Positions 1 to 9,947 of a DNA stretch of 20,000 nucleotides are shown here, piece by piece. Position 1 is the stretch's first letter. Each line of letters starts with the position of its first letter. Position numbers and translations under genes: made by a program. Source of the stretch: Candidatus Woesearchaeota archaeon (GTDB lineage Archaea; Nanobdellota; Nanobdellia; Woesearchaeales; WAPY01); contig JBNAUL010000001.1 of NCBI GenBank assembly GCA_049700835.1, positions 44,491 through 64,490 of the forward strand, given 5' to 3'. The notes below the pieces were generated by a model. It did not search any database. It was not told where the DNA came from and saw only the letters and a list, made by a program, of their open reading frames with translations.

Positions 1-2
1 TC

Positions 3-557
3 GATCTTACAAGCAAAAGCGATTTTTTGATAGAAGCAATTCTTTATTATAGCAACTCTAAAAACGAGGTAAAGAACATTAACAACAGATTGATTTCTGA
101 TTTGGGCAAAGAAATTGTAGGTAAAGATTTTGAGCATTTCTGCAAAGAAGAAAAAGAGGATAAAAAAGATGAAGATAAAGAAGATAAATACAGCGCAAGC
201 AAAAATAAAAAAACGAATTTTGTTGCATACAGCAAATACAGGCAGAATTTGAGCGTTTTAAGAAAAAATTCTTTGGTTGCAAATGTTAAAGAAATACTCT
301 TTACAGAAGAGCATGAAAAAGTTGCTGAGTTTTTAAGCAGCAGCGAAAAAAATATAGTCATTGCTCAGGTAAAGAACTATAAAGAACTCAATGAGCTTAA
401 GGGCTTTTTTGAATTGCTAAAAAATTCTATCTTAATTATTATATCCAACAATGAGCTTGATTTAAATATTCTTAAAACAGAAAGAACAAAGTATGAAAAA
501 CAAAAAATATTTCAAGGATTAAACTCATTGTTTTTGCATAAGATTTGTTTTGATTAA
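3..557 (+). CDS. Hypothetical protein, C-terminal part (frame open to the window edge), with an acidic/basic low-complexity insert
   Basis: The frame of ORF 27..557 has no stop from position 3, so the gene probably starts upstream of the window. No recognisable motif. Contains a KEEKEDKKDEDKEDK segment. Confidence 0.6.
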   Translation, partial: DLTSKSDFLIEAILYYSNSKNEVKNINNRLISDLGKEIVGKDFEHFCKEEKEDKKDEDKEDKYSASKNKKTNFVAYSKYRQNLSVLRKNSLVANVKEILFTEEHEKVAEFLSSSEKNIVIAQVKNYKELNELKGFFELLKNSILIIISNNELDLNILKTERTKYEKQKIFQGLNSLFLHKICFD

Positions 558-637
558 AAATTTTTGTTAAAGCAAAATGAAATTAAAATCCTTAAAATTT
601 AAAAAGCATTACAATTTAACATTCAGATATATTCAAA

Positions 638-2140
638 ATGAAATTCGCAAATTTTGGAAAGCATGGAAAAAAATTCAAAAGAAATTTAATTTCATTCCTT
701 TTTCTAGCAGCGCTCTTTGTATGCTCTCTCTTTTTAAGGATTTATTTTGCAAGATCAATATACTTTCCTGACGATGGTTCTTATTTCCATCTCAGGCAGA
801 TAGCTTATATAAGCAAAAAGTTCTTTCCTTTTTTTTACGATGAATTAAGCTATTCAGGAAGAATGGTTGTTATTCTGCCTGTTTTTGATTACATAATGGC
901 TATGCTAAACAAGTTTATTCCTGAAAAAATAAATTATTTTTATACAACAAAAATAATTTCATCTCTAATATGCGTAGTTGTTTTTTTAATAACCAAAAGC
1001 TTTTTTAGGAATAACTCTGCAGCGCTCTTTTCAGCTACAGGAGTTTGTTTTTTGCCTTTGCTTTTTGGAGAAACTCTGCATTCAGCAACTCCGCTCTCAT
1101 TTACAATAATACTTATGCTGCTGCTTACATACTCTTTTATAAGAATTAAGAAGAGAGAGAGCCTGCTTCCCTACATAGCGTTCTTTTTAAGCGCTCTCTT
1201 TACTTCCACTCTTACTCTTGTTTTCATAGTTGGAATTTGGATATTTTTAATCTTTTCCTACACTGAAAATCTTGAAAACAAGAACAGATATTTTGAACTC
1301 GGTGTTTTCTCAACATCATTAGCAATATGGACTTATTTGATTGTATTTAAAGAGGCGTTAAGTATTAACGGTGCTGCTGTGTTCTGGCAAGGAATGCCTG
1401 AGCTGTTTGCCAGGAATGCTCTTTCAAGTTTAAACATTAGAATAATAACTTATTCAATCGGTTCTGTCTCTTTTTTAGCAGGGCTTTACATAATCACTAA
1501 ATACTTATTCAAGAAGAAGAATGACTTCTTCTACATTGCATTCAGCATTGTTTTGGCAAGCATTTTGCTGATTTTTTTAAACCTAATATCTGTAAAGAAC
1601 GGCCTGATAATAATAGGCATAAACATAAGCATGCTCTCAGGATTTTTTGTCCTTGAATTCCAAGAGTTTATCAAAAAGACAAATTTTGCAAAACTTAAAA
1701 ATTTCATGCTTTTTTTTATTTTTGGGGTTTTGATTCTAAACAATATTTTGCTGTGCATTAGTTACTCAAATGAAAACATAAAAAACTTTCCAGGCAGAGA
1801 AGAGGTAATGGCCATGGAATACCTAAAGGAAAACAGCGAAAAGGATTCAGCAGTGCTTTCCAAGATAAAATATGGAAATTTGATAACTTATTATGCTAAA
1901 AGAAAGAATGTGATTGACAACAATTTCCTGCTTGTTAATGATGCGCAGACAAGATACTACGATGTTGAAAGGTTCTACAAAACAATCTATGCTGTTGATG
2001 CAATAAAGATAATGAACAAGTACAATGCAAAATACTTTATAGTTGACAACGAAATACCAAAATACCTGAATGATGAGGAGTGTTTCAAATTGATTTACAA
2101 CAATACAATCAAGGTATACAAACTTTCTTGCACAGTTTAG
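638..2140 (+). CDS. GT-C fold polytopic membrane protein, AglB/STT3-like, with degenerate WWDYG motif
   Basis: Many hydrophobic helices. First-loop motif DDGSYFHLR resembles the AglB D-x-YY/FH-x-R motif. C-terminal soluble domain AMEYLKENSEKDSAVLSKIKYGNLITYYAKRKNVID aligns by eye with the STT3 core 'ALxWLxxNTxxxxxVxSWWDYGxxIxxxxxR'. Confidence 0.7.
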   Translation: MKFANFGKHGKKFKRNLISFLFLAALFVCSLFLRIYFARSIYFPDDGSYFHLRQIAYISKKFFPFFYDELSYSGRMVVILPVFDYIMAMLNKFIPEKINYFYTTKIISSLICVVVFLITKSFFRNNSAALFSATGVCFLPLLFGETLHSATPLSFTIILMLLLTYSFIRIKKRESLLPYIAFFLSALFTSTLTLVFIVGIWIFLIFSYTENLENKNRYFELGVFSTSLAIWTYLIVFKEALSINGAAVFWQGMPELFARNALSSLNIRIITYSIGSVSFLAGLYIITKYLFKKKNDFFYIAFSIVLASILLIFLNLISVKNGLIIIGINISMLSGFFVLEFQEFIKKTNFAKLKNFMLFFIFGVLILNNILLCISYSNENIKNFPGREEVMAMEYLKENSEKDSAVLSKIKYGNLITYYAKRKNVIDNNFLLVNDAQTRYYDVERFYKTIYAVDAIKIMNKYNAKYFIVDNEIPKYLNDEECFKLIYNNTIKVYKLSCTV

Positions 2141-2148
2141 GTGGTCTC

Positions 2149-3570
2149 ATGAGCATAAAAAAGTTTTTAAAAAAACAAAGAAATTTTTTTATCATGCTGT
2201 GCACAGCAGCAGTATTCTTATTCTTTCCAGGACTAATCAGAGTGCTTTTTTATGAAAATATTTCTGGAGGAACAACAAACTATAAGGATATAATGCTTGC
2301 TTCAAGAATTTTTTCAGGAGATTTTTCAAACTATGCCATAGAAAAATCAGCATTAATAAATCCATACTATATTTTTCTGAATTTCCTTCTGAGGTTTCTA
2401 AATCCGCTCTTTTTAATGAACTTTTTATCCCCAATTTTTGGATTTCTGTTTATAATAGTTTTGCATGCTCTCCTAAAAAGAGTTGGGGTTGAGAAAGAGA
2501 GTTTGTTTGCAGCAATGCTCATGCTAATTCTTTCAGCGCCTTTCATCTACAATTTTACAATCATCAATGAAAACTCTTTTGTTCTGTTTTTTTTGGCTTT
2601 AGGAATGCTCTTGTTCCTTGCAGAAAACAAGATAAGTTCTGTGTTAGGACTCTTGATTCTTATAATAATCTCTTTTGGCAACCTAATAGCTTCAATAGTA
2701 AGCTATTCCTTGCTCATTCTTTTTTTGATACACCGCTCTTCAATTTTCGCCTACAGAACAGAAAAGAGAAAAAGAATAATCTTTACGATAAGTTCAATAT
2801 TCTTAATTTTAATGCTATTAAACATTTATCTAACTAAATGGAATATTATAAATGAAAACAAGGGAATTTTAACATACTTTTCAGAGATAACAATGTCAAA
2901 TGGGTTCAACACCATAATACTGATTTTGGCATTGATAGGTTTTTTAACAATAGGCAATGAGAGAAAACTGCTAAAAAATGTTTTTTGGATTGCGCTTTTG
3001 CTCTTCATTGTCTTTGGTTCAAACTTTATAGTTTATGCAAACATAGTTTTCTGCATTTCCGCAGCGTACGGGTTTGTTTGGGTTACAGAGAGAAAGTGGG
3101 AGTTAAAAAAACTGAAGTATTGGAGCATTCTTCTGATCGTATGCGGAATATTCTTTATTGCGATGAGTATCGACCTTAAAATTGCAAATCAGAGGCCTGA
3201 CTCGAGCGATATTGATGCTTTAAACGCATTAAAGGAACTAAAAGAAGGATTTGTTCTTTCTCATCAGAATTATGGATTTTGGATTGAATATTTCTCCAAC
3301 AAAAAATCCTTCATAAACAATTTAAATATAAATCTAATTAAGGATGAGGCATCTCTGCTCTTTTACAGTTACAACCTTTCCCTATCATACAATTTAATAA
3401 AAGAATACAATATAAGGTATGTGTTCATAACCCCTGAAATGAAAACAGGTCTGGTTTGGAATAAGGATGACGAAGGGCTCTTGTTCTTGATGAAAAACAG
3501 CAACAGATTCAAGAATTTGTATAAAAAAAACAATTACGAAATTTGGGAGGTTTTGGATGAACAGGGTTGA
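2149..3570 (+). CDS. Second GT-C/AglB-like polytopic membrane protein (paralogue), degenerate WWDYG motif
   Basis: Start moved from 2080 to ATG 2149, which follows an AGGTGG RBS at 2139-2144 overlapping the upstream stop. Multi-TM. C-terminal DIDALNALKELKEGFVLSHQNYGFWIEY...IKEYNIRYVFI resembles the STT3 core domain. Confidence 0.65.
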   Translation: MSIKKFLKKQRNFFIMLCTAAVFLFFPGLIRVLFYENISGGTTNYKDIMLASRIFSGDFSNYAIEKSALINPYYIFLNFLLRFLNPLFLMNFLSPIFGFLFIIVLHALLKRVGVEKESLFAAMLMLILSAPFIYNFTIINENSFVLFFLALGMLLFLAENKISSVLGLLILIIISFGNLIASIVSYSLLILFLIHRSSIFAYRTEKRKRIIFTISSIFLILMLLNIYLTKWNIINENKGILTYFSEITMSNGFNTIILILALIGFLTIGNERKLLKNVFWIALLLFIVFGSNFIVYANIVFCISAAYGFVWVTERKWELKKLKYWSILLIVCGIFFIAMSIDLKIANQRPDSSDIDALNALKELKEGFVLSHQNYGFWIEYFSNKKSFINNLNINLIKDEASLLFYSYNLSLSYNLIKEYNIRYVFITPEMKTGLVWNKDDEGLLFLMKNSNRFKNLYKKNNYEIWEVLDEQG

Positions 3571-4828
3571 TTTGCTTGTTTGGATTGTGTACTTTATTTC
3601 GCTCTACATTGCTGTATTTTGGCTTTTGAATGCGCTTGAAATAAAGAAATCAAAGAGAAGAATTAAAATAAGAAACTGGCCTTCTGTGTCAATAATAATC
3701 CCTGCATACAACGAGGAAAAACACATAAGCAACTGCATAAACTCTGTTCTCAATCTTGATTATGACAAGAATAAGATTAAGATCATAGTTGTCAACGATG
3801 GTTCAAAGGACAGAACAAGGGATGTAGTTGAGGAAATAATACGCAAGAAAAAGAATAGAGATATAATTCTAATAAACCAAAAAAACTCTGGAAAGGCAAA
3901 ATCCTTAAACAAAGCTCTTAAAATCGTGAAAACAAAATTCTTTGCATGCTTGGATGCTGATTCTGTTGTAAGCAGAGAATCTTTAAAGAGAATAATAAAA
4001 ACATTCTTTGAGCATGATGAAAATTTGGCAATAGTTACTCCTGCAATGAAGATTAGAAACCCAAAAAACATGCTGCAAAAATTGCAATATGTTGAATATA
4101 ACATTTCAATGCTTCTGCACAGGTTAATGTCAAACCTGAATTCAATATATGTTGCTCCTGGACCATTCAGCTTCTATAAAACAGATGTTGTTAAAAGATT
4201 AGGAGGGTTTGACAGCACAACACTGGCAGAAGACCAAGAGATTGCATACAGAATGCAAAAGAATTTTTATGACATAAAGCAGAGCCCAAATGCCTTTGTT
4301 TATACAACACCTCCTGACAATTTTAAGGCGCTTTATAGGCAGAGGAGAAGATGGTACATTGGGGGTTTCAGCAACATAATAAAGTATAGAGAATTGTTCC
4401 TCAATCCAAAATACGGACATTTTGGAATCGTTCAAATGCCTTTCAACCTTTTAAACTTTATAATGGCATTTATAGGGGTTTTTTTAATATTTTACTACAT
4501 ATTCCTCCCTGTTTTAAGATTTCTAAGAAACATTTTTATAATAAGGTTTGATGTTTATCCATACTTAAAAACATTTTTCAGCCAAAAACTTAAACTCTCA
4601 TTGACCCTTATAGATCTCAATGCTTTTAGAACAATGATTATTATAGTCCTGCTTGCAATAAGTTTGGCAATGCTCTTCTTTGCTTTCAAAAATGCCAATG
4701 AAAAAATAAAGAGCAAAAGCATGGTGTTGCTGCTTGTGCTGTACTTCTTTGTTTATTATGCTGTTTTAAGCTTTGTATGCGTTATCTCAATTTTAGAATT
4801 ACTTATTCTTAGAAAGAGCAGATGGTGA
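3557..4828 (+). CDS. Processive family 2 glycosyltransferase (cellulose synthase/PgaC-IcaA-like)
   Basis: IPAYNEE, VNDGSKD, GKAKSLN, DAD, AED and QRRRW (the D,D,D,QxxRW signature). N- and C-terminal TM helices. Overlaps the upstream stop. Confidence 0.9.
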   Translation: MNRVDLLVWIVYFISLYIAVFWLLNALEIKKSKRRIKIRNWPSVSIIIPAYNEEKHISNCINSVLNLDYDKNKIKIIVVNDGSKDRTRDVVEEIIRKKKNRDIILINQKNSGKAKSLNKALKIVKTKFFACLDADSVVSRESLKRIIKTFFEHDENLAIVTPAMKIRNPKNMLQKLQYVEYNISMLLHRLMSNLNSIYVAPGPFSFYKTDVVKRLGGFDSTTLAEDQEIAYRMQKNFYDIKQSPNAFVYTTPPDNFKALYRQRRRWYIGGFSNIIKYRELFLNPKYGHFGIVQMPFNLLNFIMAFIGVFLIFYYIFLPVLRFLRNIFIIRFDVYPYLKTFFSQKLKLSLTLIDLNAFRTMIIIVLLAISLAMLFFAFKNANEKIKSKSMVLLLVLYFFVYYAVLSFVCVISILELLILRKSRW

Positions 4829-4909
4829 TAACAGATAGTGATAAAGGTAATTTAGAACAGTTATGAAAAATACAAAAAATTTAAAAGCGGTTAAATCAGC
4901 ACTCCCTAA

Positions 4910-5617
4910 ATGGGCTTTAAAATGGGAGAAAGAAAGTTAAGAAGGAGAGAAGTTTACAAAAAGAAGTACTTGATGACAGGAATATTTACGACTCTCATAT
5001 TCCTCGTTGGATTTTTCTTAGGAGTTATTGTTGACAATAAAAGGATTGAAAGCATAAGAACAAAAACAGAAGTTCAGGAAATAGACTTTGTTGATTTGCA
5101 ACTCCAGTATGATTACCTAAACAAGATTTTAGAACAAGAGGATAATTGTAAAGTTATGAAGGTAGCGCTCGAGAGTGCTGTCAAAAGGCTTGGCGAATCA
5201 TTGTCAAAGATTGAAAAATATGAGCAGGAAACAGCAACCAAAAACGAGGACTATGTGAGAATAAAAAAGAAGTATCTGCTTGACAACATAAGATATTGGA
5301 ATATTGCAGAGAAAGCAAAGAAATACTGTAACTTGAGCATCTTGAGCATACTCTACTTTTACTCTGATCCATGCACTTCCTGCCCGAACCAAGGAGTTAT
5401 ACTAAGTTACTACAAAAACATTTATGGAGATTCTCTTCTTATCTTTCCATTGGATACATCAATTCAGGACATAGGAATACTTAGAATGATTATATTAAAA
5501 TACAACATAACAGAATTCCCTTCCCTTGTAATAAACAATAAAGTTTATTCAGGAGTTGTCAATAAAGAAGAACTCAAAGAAATAATCTGCAATGAAACAG
5601 GATGGGATGGTTGCTGA
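4910..5617 (+). CDS. Membrane-anchored protein with a helical region and a C-terminal thioredoxin-like CxxC domain
   Basis: One N-terminal TM helix (IFTTLIFLVGFFLGVIV). YFYSDPCTSC and YNITEFPSLVIN (thioredoxin cis-Pro loop pattern). The start could be ATG 4922. Confidence 0.7.
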   Translation: MGFKMGERKLRRREVYKKKYLMTGIFTTLIFLVGFFLGVIVDNKRIESIRTKTEVQEIDFVDLQLQYDYLNKILEQEDNCKVMKVALESAVKRLGESLSKIEKYEQETATKNEDYVRIKKKYLLDNIRYWNIAEKAKKYCNLSILSILYFYSDPCTSCPNQGVILSYYKNIYGDSLLIFPLDTSIQDIGILRMIILKYNITEFPSLVINNKVYSGVVNKEELKEIICNETGWDGC

Positions 5618-5648
5618 AAAACTTTTTTAAAACAAAAAACCAATAAAA

Positions 5649-7190
5649 ATGCTTAGAAGAATGATTAAAAAGGCATTAAAAAATTATTGCAGAACATGGT
5701 TCAATAATCGCTTCAACAATTTGTTCTTGATTTCTATTTTTTATTTTGCAATATTGATCCTGCTAATACTCTTGGGAAAGAGGGTTTTCTGGCCTGACGA
5801 AGGAATTTACATTGCTCTTGGAAAGTACATCTTCTCAAAAGGCAATTCTGGTTTGTTTGAACCATTTAGGCCGTTTTTATTGCCATTGCTCTTAGGCCTT
5901 TTTTGGAGAGTCGGGATAAACCCTTTAATTTTTGGTTATGTTTTTGAATTTGTAAGTGGTCTGGCATGCGTAATCTTAACTTGGGAGATATCAGAAAAAC
6001 TCTTTGGAAAAAAATATGCACTAATCGCTTCGCTCTTCATAATAACAAACCTTCAATTCATAATAAATAGCACAAGAATAATTGCAGATGTTCCTGCTCT
6101 TGCATTTGCCATAACAAGCATTTACTTCTTTTTAAACAGAAAATACTTTCTTTCAGGCTTATTTTCAGGAATGAGTTTCATGACAAGATTTACATATGGA
6201 ATTCTGCCTGTAATGATGCTTGCTGTTTATTTTATAGAAAAAATGTATTGGAGTAAACTGAAAAACGAAAAAAGGAACAAAATTTATGTTAAGAAACTCT
6301 TTTTTGAAATAATAAGTTTCATAACAGGATTAATAATAACAACTGCGCCATACTTCATATACAGCAAGATTTCATATGGAAGTTTAACTTGGACTTTGAG
6401 GAGCGCGAATTGCATAGTAAAGAGTTATGCGTGGTTTGTTGAATACTCAGGATTTTTTACTTATCTAAAAAAACTCTTTATCAGCATGCCGTTAATAGTT
6501 CTATCCGTTTTAGGAATGTTGTGTTTTTTAATGGCTTTGCTCTCAAAGAAGGGCGTGCTTAAAAATTTTAAGGGCTCAGAGTTTACAGCATTTTCTTTGA
6601 GCGCACTCTGCTCGCTCTGCTTTTTGTTTTACATAATCTATTTTGGAATTTTTGTCAGGCAGGAAGCAAGATATGTTTTGCACACAATATTTTTCGCAGC
6701 CATGCTAATTGCTTTTGGAATGCGCTGTCTTGAGAAAAGATTAAATATATTGAATAAAAGTTTGTCAAAGATTTTCAACGCTGCTGTTGCAATTCTGATT
6801 TTGATTTCAGTTGCGTGGCAGTTAAATTACATAACAGACATTTACAAAGGAGAGTACTACTCAAAATCAGAAGGAGAACTTATAGAATTTCTTAGAAATA
6901 ACATAAGAAATGATGATTTTTTATTAACAACAACATTTGTTCCTGCAATCTATTTTGACAACAAGATGCTTGGATTTGCTTCTTACGACTATGCACTCGG
7001 AGTTCTTGAACAGAACAAGTTTAGGAAGGGATTGATAATTGTAAACACATGCGCTTATGGCTGTGGTATAAATGATTATGAGTGCCAACTTAAAAGAGCA
7101 GAATTTTTAAGAGTGTTGGAAAAAGAAAAACTGATTTTTGAAACTAAAATAAACAGCGAATGCAGTTACAGGGTCTATGACAACAGATGA
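5649..7190 (+). CDS. ArnT/PMT-like (GT39/GT83-type) GT-C membrane glycosyltransferase
   Basis: WPDEGIY in the first loop, RPFLLP motif, GLFSGMSFMTRF, multiple TM helices and the RQEARY late-loop motif. Confidence 0.8.
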   Translation: MLRRMIKKALKNYCRTWFNNRFNNLFLISIFYFAILILLILLGKRVFWPDEGIYIALGKYIFSKGNSGLFEPFRPFLLPLLLGLFWRVGINPLIFGYVFEFVSGLACVILTWEISEKLFGKKYALIASLFIITNLQFIINSTRIIADVPALAFAITSIYFFLNRKYFLSGLFSGMSFMTRFTYGILPVMMLAVYFIEKMYWSKLKNEKRNKIYVKKLFFEIISFITGLIITTAPYFIYSKISYGSLTWTLRSANCIVKSYAWFVEYSGFFTYLKKLFISMPLIVLSVLGMLCFLMALLSKKGVLKNFKGSEFTAFSLSALCSLCFLFYIIYFGIFVRQEARYVLHTIFFAAMLIAFGMRCLEKRLNILNKSLSKIFNAAVAILILISVAWQLNYITDIYKGEYYSKSEGELIEFLRNNIRNDDFLLTTTFVPAIYFDNKMLGFASYDYALGVLEQNKFRKGLIIVNTCAYGCGINDYECQLKRAEFLRVLEKEKLIFETKINSECSYRVYDNR

Positions 7191-7225
7191 GATAAACAAA
7201 AAAAGAAACAAATAAAGAACTTCAT

Positions 7226-7717
7226 TTAATCCTTTTTATCAGTGTTTTTTCTGCTCTTTTCTTTTACCTTTACCAAATCCCCAAAAGTCAATTCTTCTCT
7301 TGGTTCTTCTTTTTTGCCTATAGGAACTTCTTGAACTTCCTCTATCAACTTTACATGCAATAACCTTTCCAACCTCTTTGCTGTTTCCAAATCCGGCTCT
7401 GCCTGAAATGTTTCAAGCTTGTGAACAAATGATTCTTTCAGAGAGAGTTTTTTAGCAAATTCCTCAATCTTCATGTTAGAATTTTCTCTTGCTTTTCTTA
7501 TAATGTTTCCATAATCGCTCCTTATAAAAAATTCCTTTTCAGCAGCAGGTTCCTTTGGTTTCTTTACAACCACAAAATCCTTGTTCTTTGGATCTTCATT
7601 AACAACAGAAATTACATTTCCAAGAGAAGAGCACTCCTTGCAAACCTTTAGTTTTGAACCTTCAATCATTGTTAAATATATCTTTTCTGTTTCTTTGCCG
7701 CAGATTTCGCATTGCAT
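7226..7717 (-). CDS. mbf1: Archaeal multiprotein bridging factor 1 (Zn-ribbon + Cro/C1 HTH, TIGR00270-like)
   Basis: CEICG...IEGSKLKVCKEC Zn ribbon. DYGNIIRKARE...FAKKLSLKESFVHKLE HTH. C-terminal LTFGD. GGTGG RBS upstream. Confidence 0.9.
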   Translation of the reverse strand: MQCEICGKETEKIYLTMIEGSKLKVCKECSSLGNVISVVNEDPKNKDFVVVKKPKEPAAEKEFFIRSDYGNIIRKARENSNMKIEEFAKKLSLKESFVHKLETFQAEPDLETAKRLERLLHVKLIEEVQEVPIGKKEEPREELTFGDLVKVKEKSRKNTDKKD

Positions 7718-7732
7718 TTAAACCACCCAAAC

Positions 7733-8137
7733 TTATAAGAGTTCAAAAAACACCCTTCTTGTTCTTGGGCCATCAAATTCCATTAAAAAGACTCTTTGGT
7801 ATTCTCCTAAAAACAATCTTGAATCCTTCACAGGAATCAAAAGATGAGTGTTGAAAAAACACGACTTTATGTGGGCTGAAGCATTGTTGTCAATTGCATT
7901 GTGCAAATAATTGCGTTCAGGAACAACTGACTTCAGGTTGTTCAAGATATCTTTGACAAGGTTTCTGTCTAAACCCTCATTTATCAGCAAAGAAGCTGTT
8001 GTGTGCAAAACGAACAGCAAGCAAACTTTTGAATCTTTATTGCATTTCTTAATGTTGGAGTTAATGATATTTGTTATGTCTATGGCTTCTTCCTTGGATT
8101 TTGTTTTTATTTCTATTATCATAAAATTTATTATCAT
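7733..8137 (-). CDS. yjbQ: YjbQ/UPF0047 family protein
   Basis: HTTASL, INE, NASAHIKS and LGEYQRVFLMEFDGPRTR family motifs. The real start may be the second ATG at 8122. Confidence 0.9.
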   Translation of the reverse strand: MIINFMIIEIKTKSKEEAIDITNIINSNIKKCNKDSKVCLLFVLHTTASLLINEGLDRNLVKDILNNLKSVVPERNYLHNAIDNNASAHIKSCFFNTHLLIPVKDSRLFLGEYQRVFLMEFDGPRTRRVFFELL

Positions 8138-8203
8138 AAAAATTATTTCATGCGTGTTTTTGCAGTGTTTTATGCATTTTTGTTATTGTATTGTTTTTTG
8201 TTC

Positions 8204-8860
8204 TTAAATATTTTTTCTAAGATTTATTCTTCCTGAAAAAAACGATATCAAAAGGTAAAATGCTATCAAAAGCCCTGCAAAAATCAAGAGTTCTTTGCTG
8301 ATTTTAAAAAAGCGCGTTGCTAGCGTTGCTCCTCTGCTAAAGCTGCTCAATACTTCTGCTTGCTCAGAACCTGACTTAAGGGCTTGAACTGGTGCTTGGA
8401 CAGTACTAACGCTGCTTACAAATTCCTGCTTTAAGTTTTGGGCGGTTTTGCTGAAAAAATTTAAGTTCAAATATTCTATGAATTCAAGAGAGATAAAGGA
8501 GAGCAGCGCTGCTGTCAAAATTTTTGAAAACTCCTTAACCAAAGAGCGCTCTTCTATTCTGTGCGCAAATATCACATACTGCTTTGAAACAGAATAATGA
8601 TTTATCTCCTTTCCTTTCTTGCTGTAATGGTATTCCTGCACTTCTATTAAACCTGAATTCAGCAATTTTTTCACATTGTAATGGACTGTTGACAATGGAA
8701 GTTTGAGTTCTTCAGCAATTCCTGATTCTGTCAATGTTTTGCTCGAAAGCAGTTTAAGTATGCTCCTCGATGTTTTGTTGCTTATAACCTCTGCAACTTT
8801 TGAAATCCTTTCATCATCAAGCGAAAGCAGCAAAAATTGTTTGTCCTGAATTTTGTTCAT
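8204..8860 (-). CDS. ArsR-type winged-HTH regulator with two C-terminal transmembrane helices
   Basis: ISNKTSRSILKLL...LTESGIAEELKLPLSTVHYNVKKLLNSGLIEV is an ArsR/HTH_20-like pattern. Hydrophobic segments follow. Start moved to ATG 8860, with a TTTAAATA TATA-like box about 25 bp upstream. Confidence 0.8.
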   Translation of the reverse strand: MNKIQDKQFLLLSLDDERISKVAEVISNKTSRSILKLLSSKTLTESGIAEELKLPLSTVHYNVKKLLNSGLIEVQEYHYSKKGKEINHYSVSKQYVIFAHRIEERSLVKEFSKILTAALLSFISLEFIEYLNLNFFSKTAQNLKQEFVSSVSTVQAPVQALKSGSEQAEVLSSFSRGATLATRFFKISKELLIFAGLLIAFYLLISFFSGRINLRKNI

Positions 8861-8973
8861 AGTTTTGCGTAATGCTTCATTATTTAAAAAATATTTGTTT
8901 TGTTTTAAAAAGAATTCAAAAAACAAAGGAGAAAGGGAAAATTTAAAAACAGGCAAACAACAAATTTTATCTG

Positions 8974-9939
8974 ATGGAAAAAAAGAGGGACTTGATAAGA
9001 ATCAGAGAAATTAGTTTTAGATATGAGAAGTTATCTGTTCTGAAAGATTTAAACATAACAATCCAAGAGCAAGAAATCTTTGGAATAGTAGGAATGAGCG
9101 GAGTTGGCAAAACAACCCTGCTCAACATCATAATAGGGTTTTTAAAACCAGAGAGCGGAGAGATTGATTACAGAATAAACAGCAGGTTCATAAACATACA
9201 TGAAAACATAAAATTGATAAGGGACTGTTTTGGATTTTCTTCTCAAAAACCATCTTTCTACAACGAACTCACTGTAAAACAAAATCTTGAATACTTTGCT
9301 TCTTTGTACAACCTTAACAAAGAAACAAAAAAAGAAAACATTGAAAGGGCTCTTGAGCTCGTTGATTTAAAAGATTCCAAGAACAAGCTTGCAGGAGAAC
9401 TCTCAGGAGGAATGCAGAAGAGGCTTGACATTGCCTGTTCAATAATTCATAAACCAAGAGTTCTTATAATGGACGAGCCAACAGCAGATTTAGATGTTTT
9501 TAACAGAGAAAAGATTTGGAATCTGATAAGGAGAATAAACGAGGTTGGAACAACAATAATAATTGCATCCCATTTTTTGGAAGAACTTGAAATTATCTGT
9601 TCACGAATTGGAATACTGCATGAAAAGAGAATGCTCGCAGTTGGAAGCATAGAAGAACTAAAGAAGGTGTATTCAAGCGCAAAAACCATACACCTGAAAA
9701 CAAAAAACATGAGATACGATTTAATTCTTGAGAAACTTAGAAAGTTTTCCTTGTTTGAAATCAGGAGGATAGAATCTGAACCTGAAAAACTTGTAATCTC
9801 AACTGAAAATGTTGAAGAAACAATGAGGAACTTGATGACTGCAATAAGGGAGCTTGATGACAGGATTGTACATGTCAGCGTGCTTGAACCTCGTCTAGGG
9901 GACATCTTTGAGAGAATAATAACAAAAAATAAAACATAA
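8974..9939 (+). CDS. ABC-2 type exporter ATP-binding protein (DrrA-like)
   Basis: Walker A GMSGVGKTT, signature LSGGMQKR, Walker B LIMDEPT, H-loop ASH, and a C-terminal accessory domain. Confidence 0.95.
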   Translation: MEKKRDLIRIREISFRYEKLSVLKDLNITIQEQEIFGIVGMSGVGKTTLLNIIIGFLKPESGEIDYRINSRFINIHENIKLIRDCFGFSSQKPSFYNELTVKQNLEYFASLYNLNKETKKENIERALELVDLKDSKNKLAGELSGGMQKRLDIACSIIHKPRVLIMDEPTADLDVFNREKIWNLIRRINEVGTTIIIASHFLEELEIICSRIGILHEKRMLAVGSIEELKKVYSSAKTIHLKTKNMRYDLILEKLRKFSLFEIRRIESEPEKLVISTENVEETMRNLMTAIRELDDRIVHVSVLEPRLGDIFERIITKNKT

Positions 9940-9947
9940 GAATAAAA

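Noticed and set aside
146..190. GAAGATAAA-type repeats
   Set aside because: In-frame low-complexity coding for a charged K/E/D stretch with 3n periodicity, so it is explained by the protein.
8114..8141. TATTATCATAAAA x2 at the yjbQ 5' end
   Set aside because: Most simply a 15-bp slippage duplication of the start region (MIINF-MIIEI). No evidence of function.
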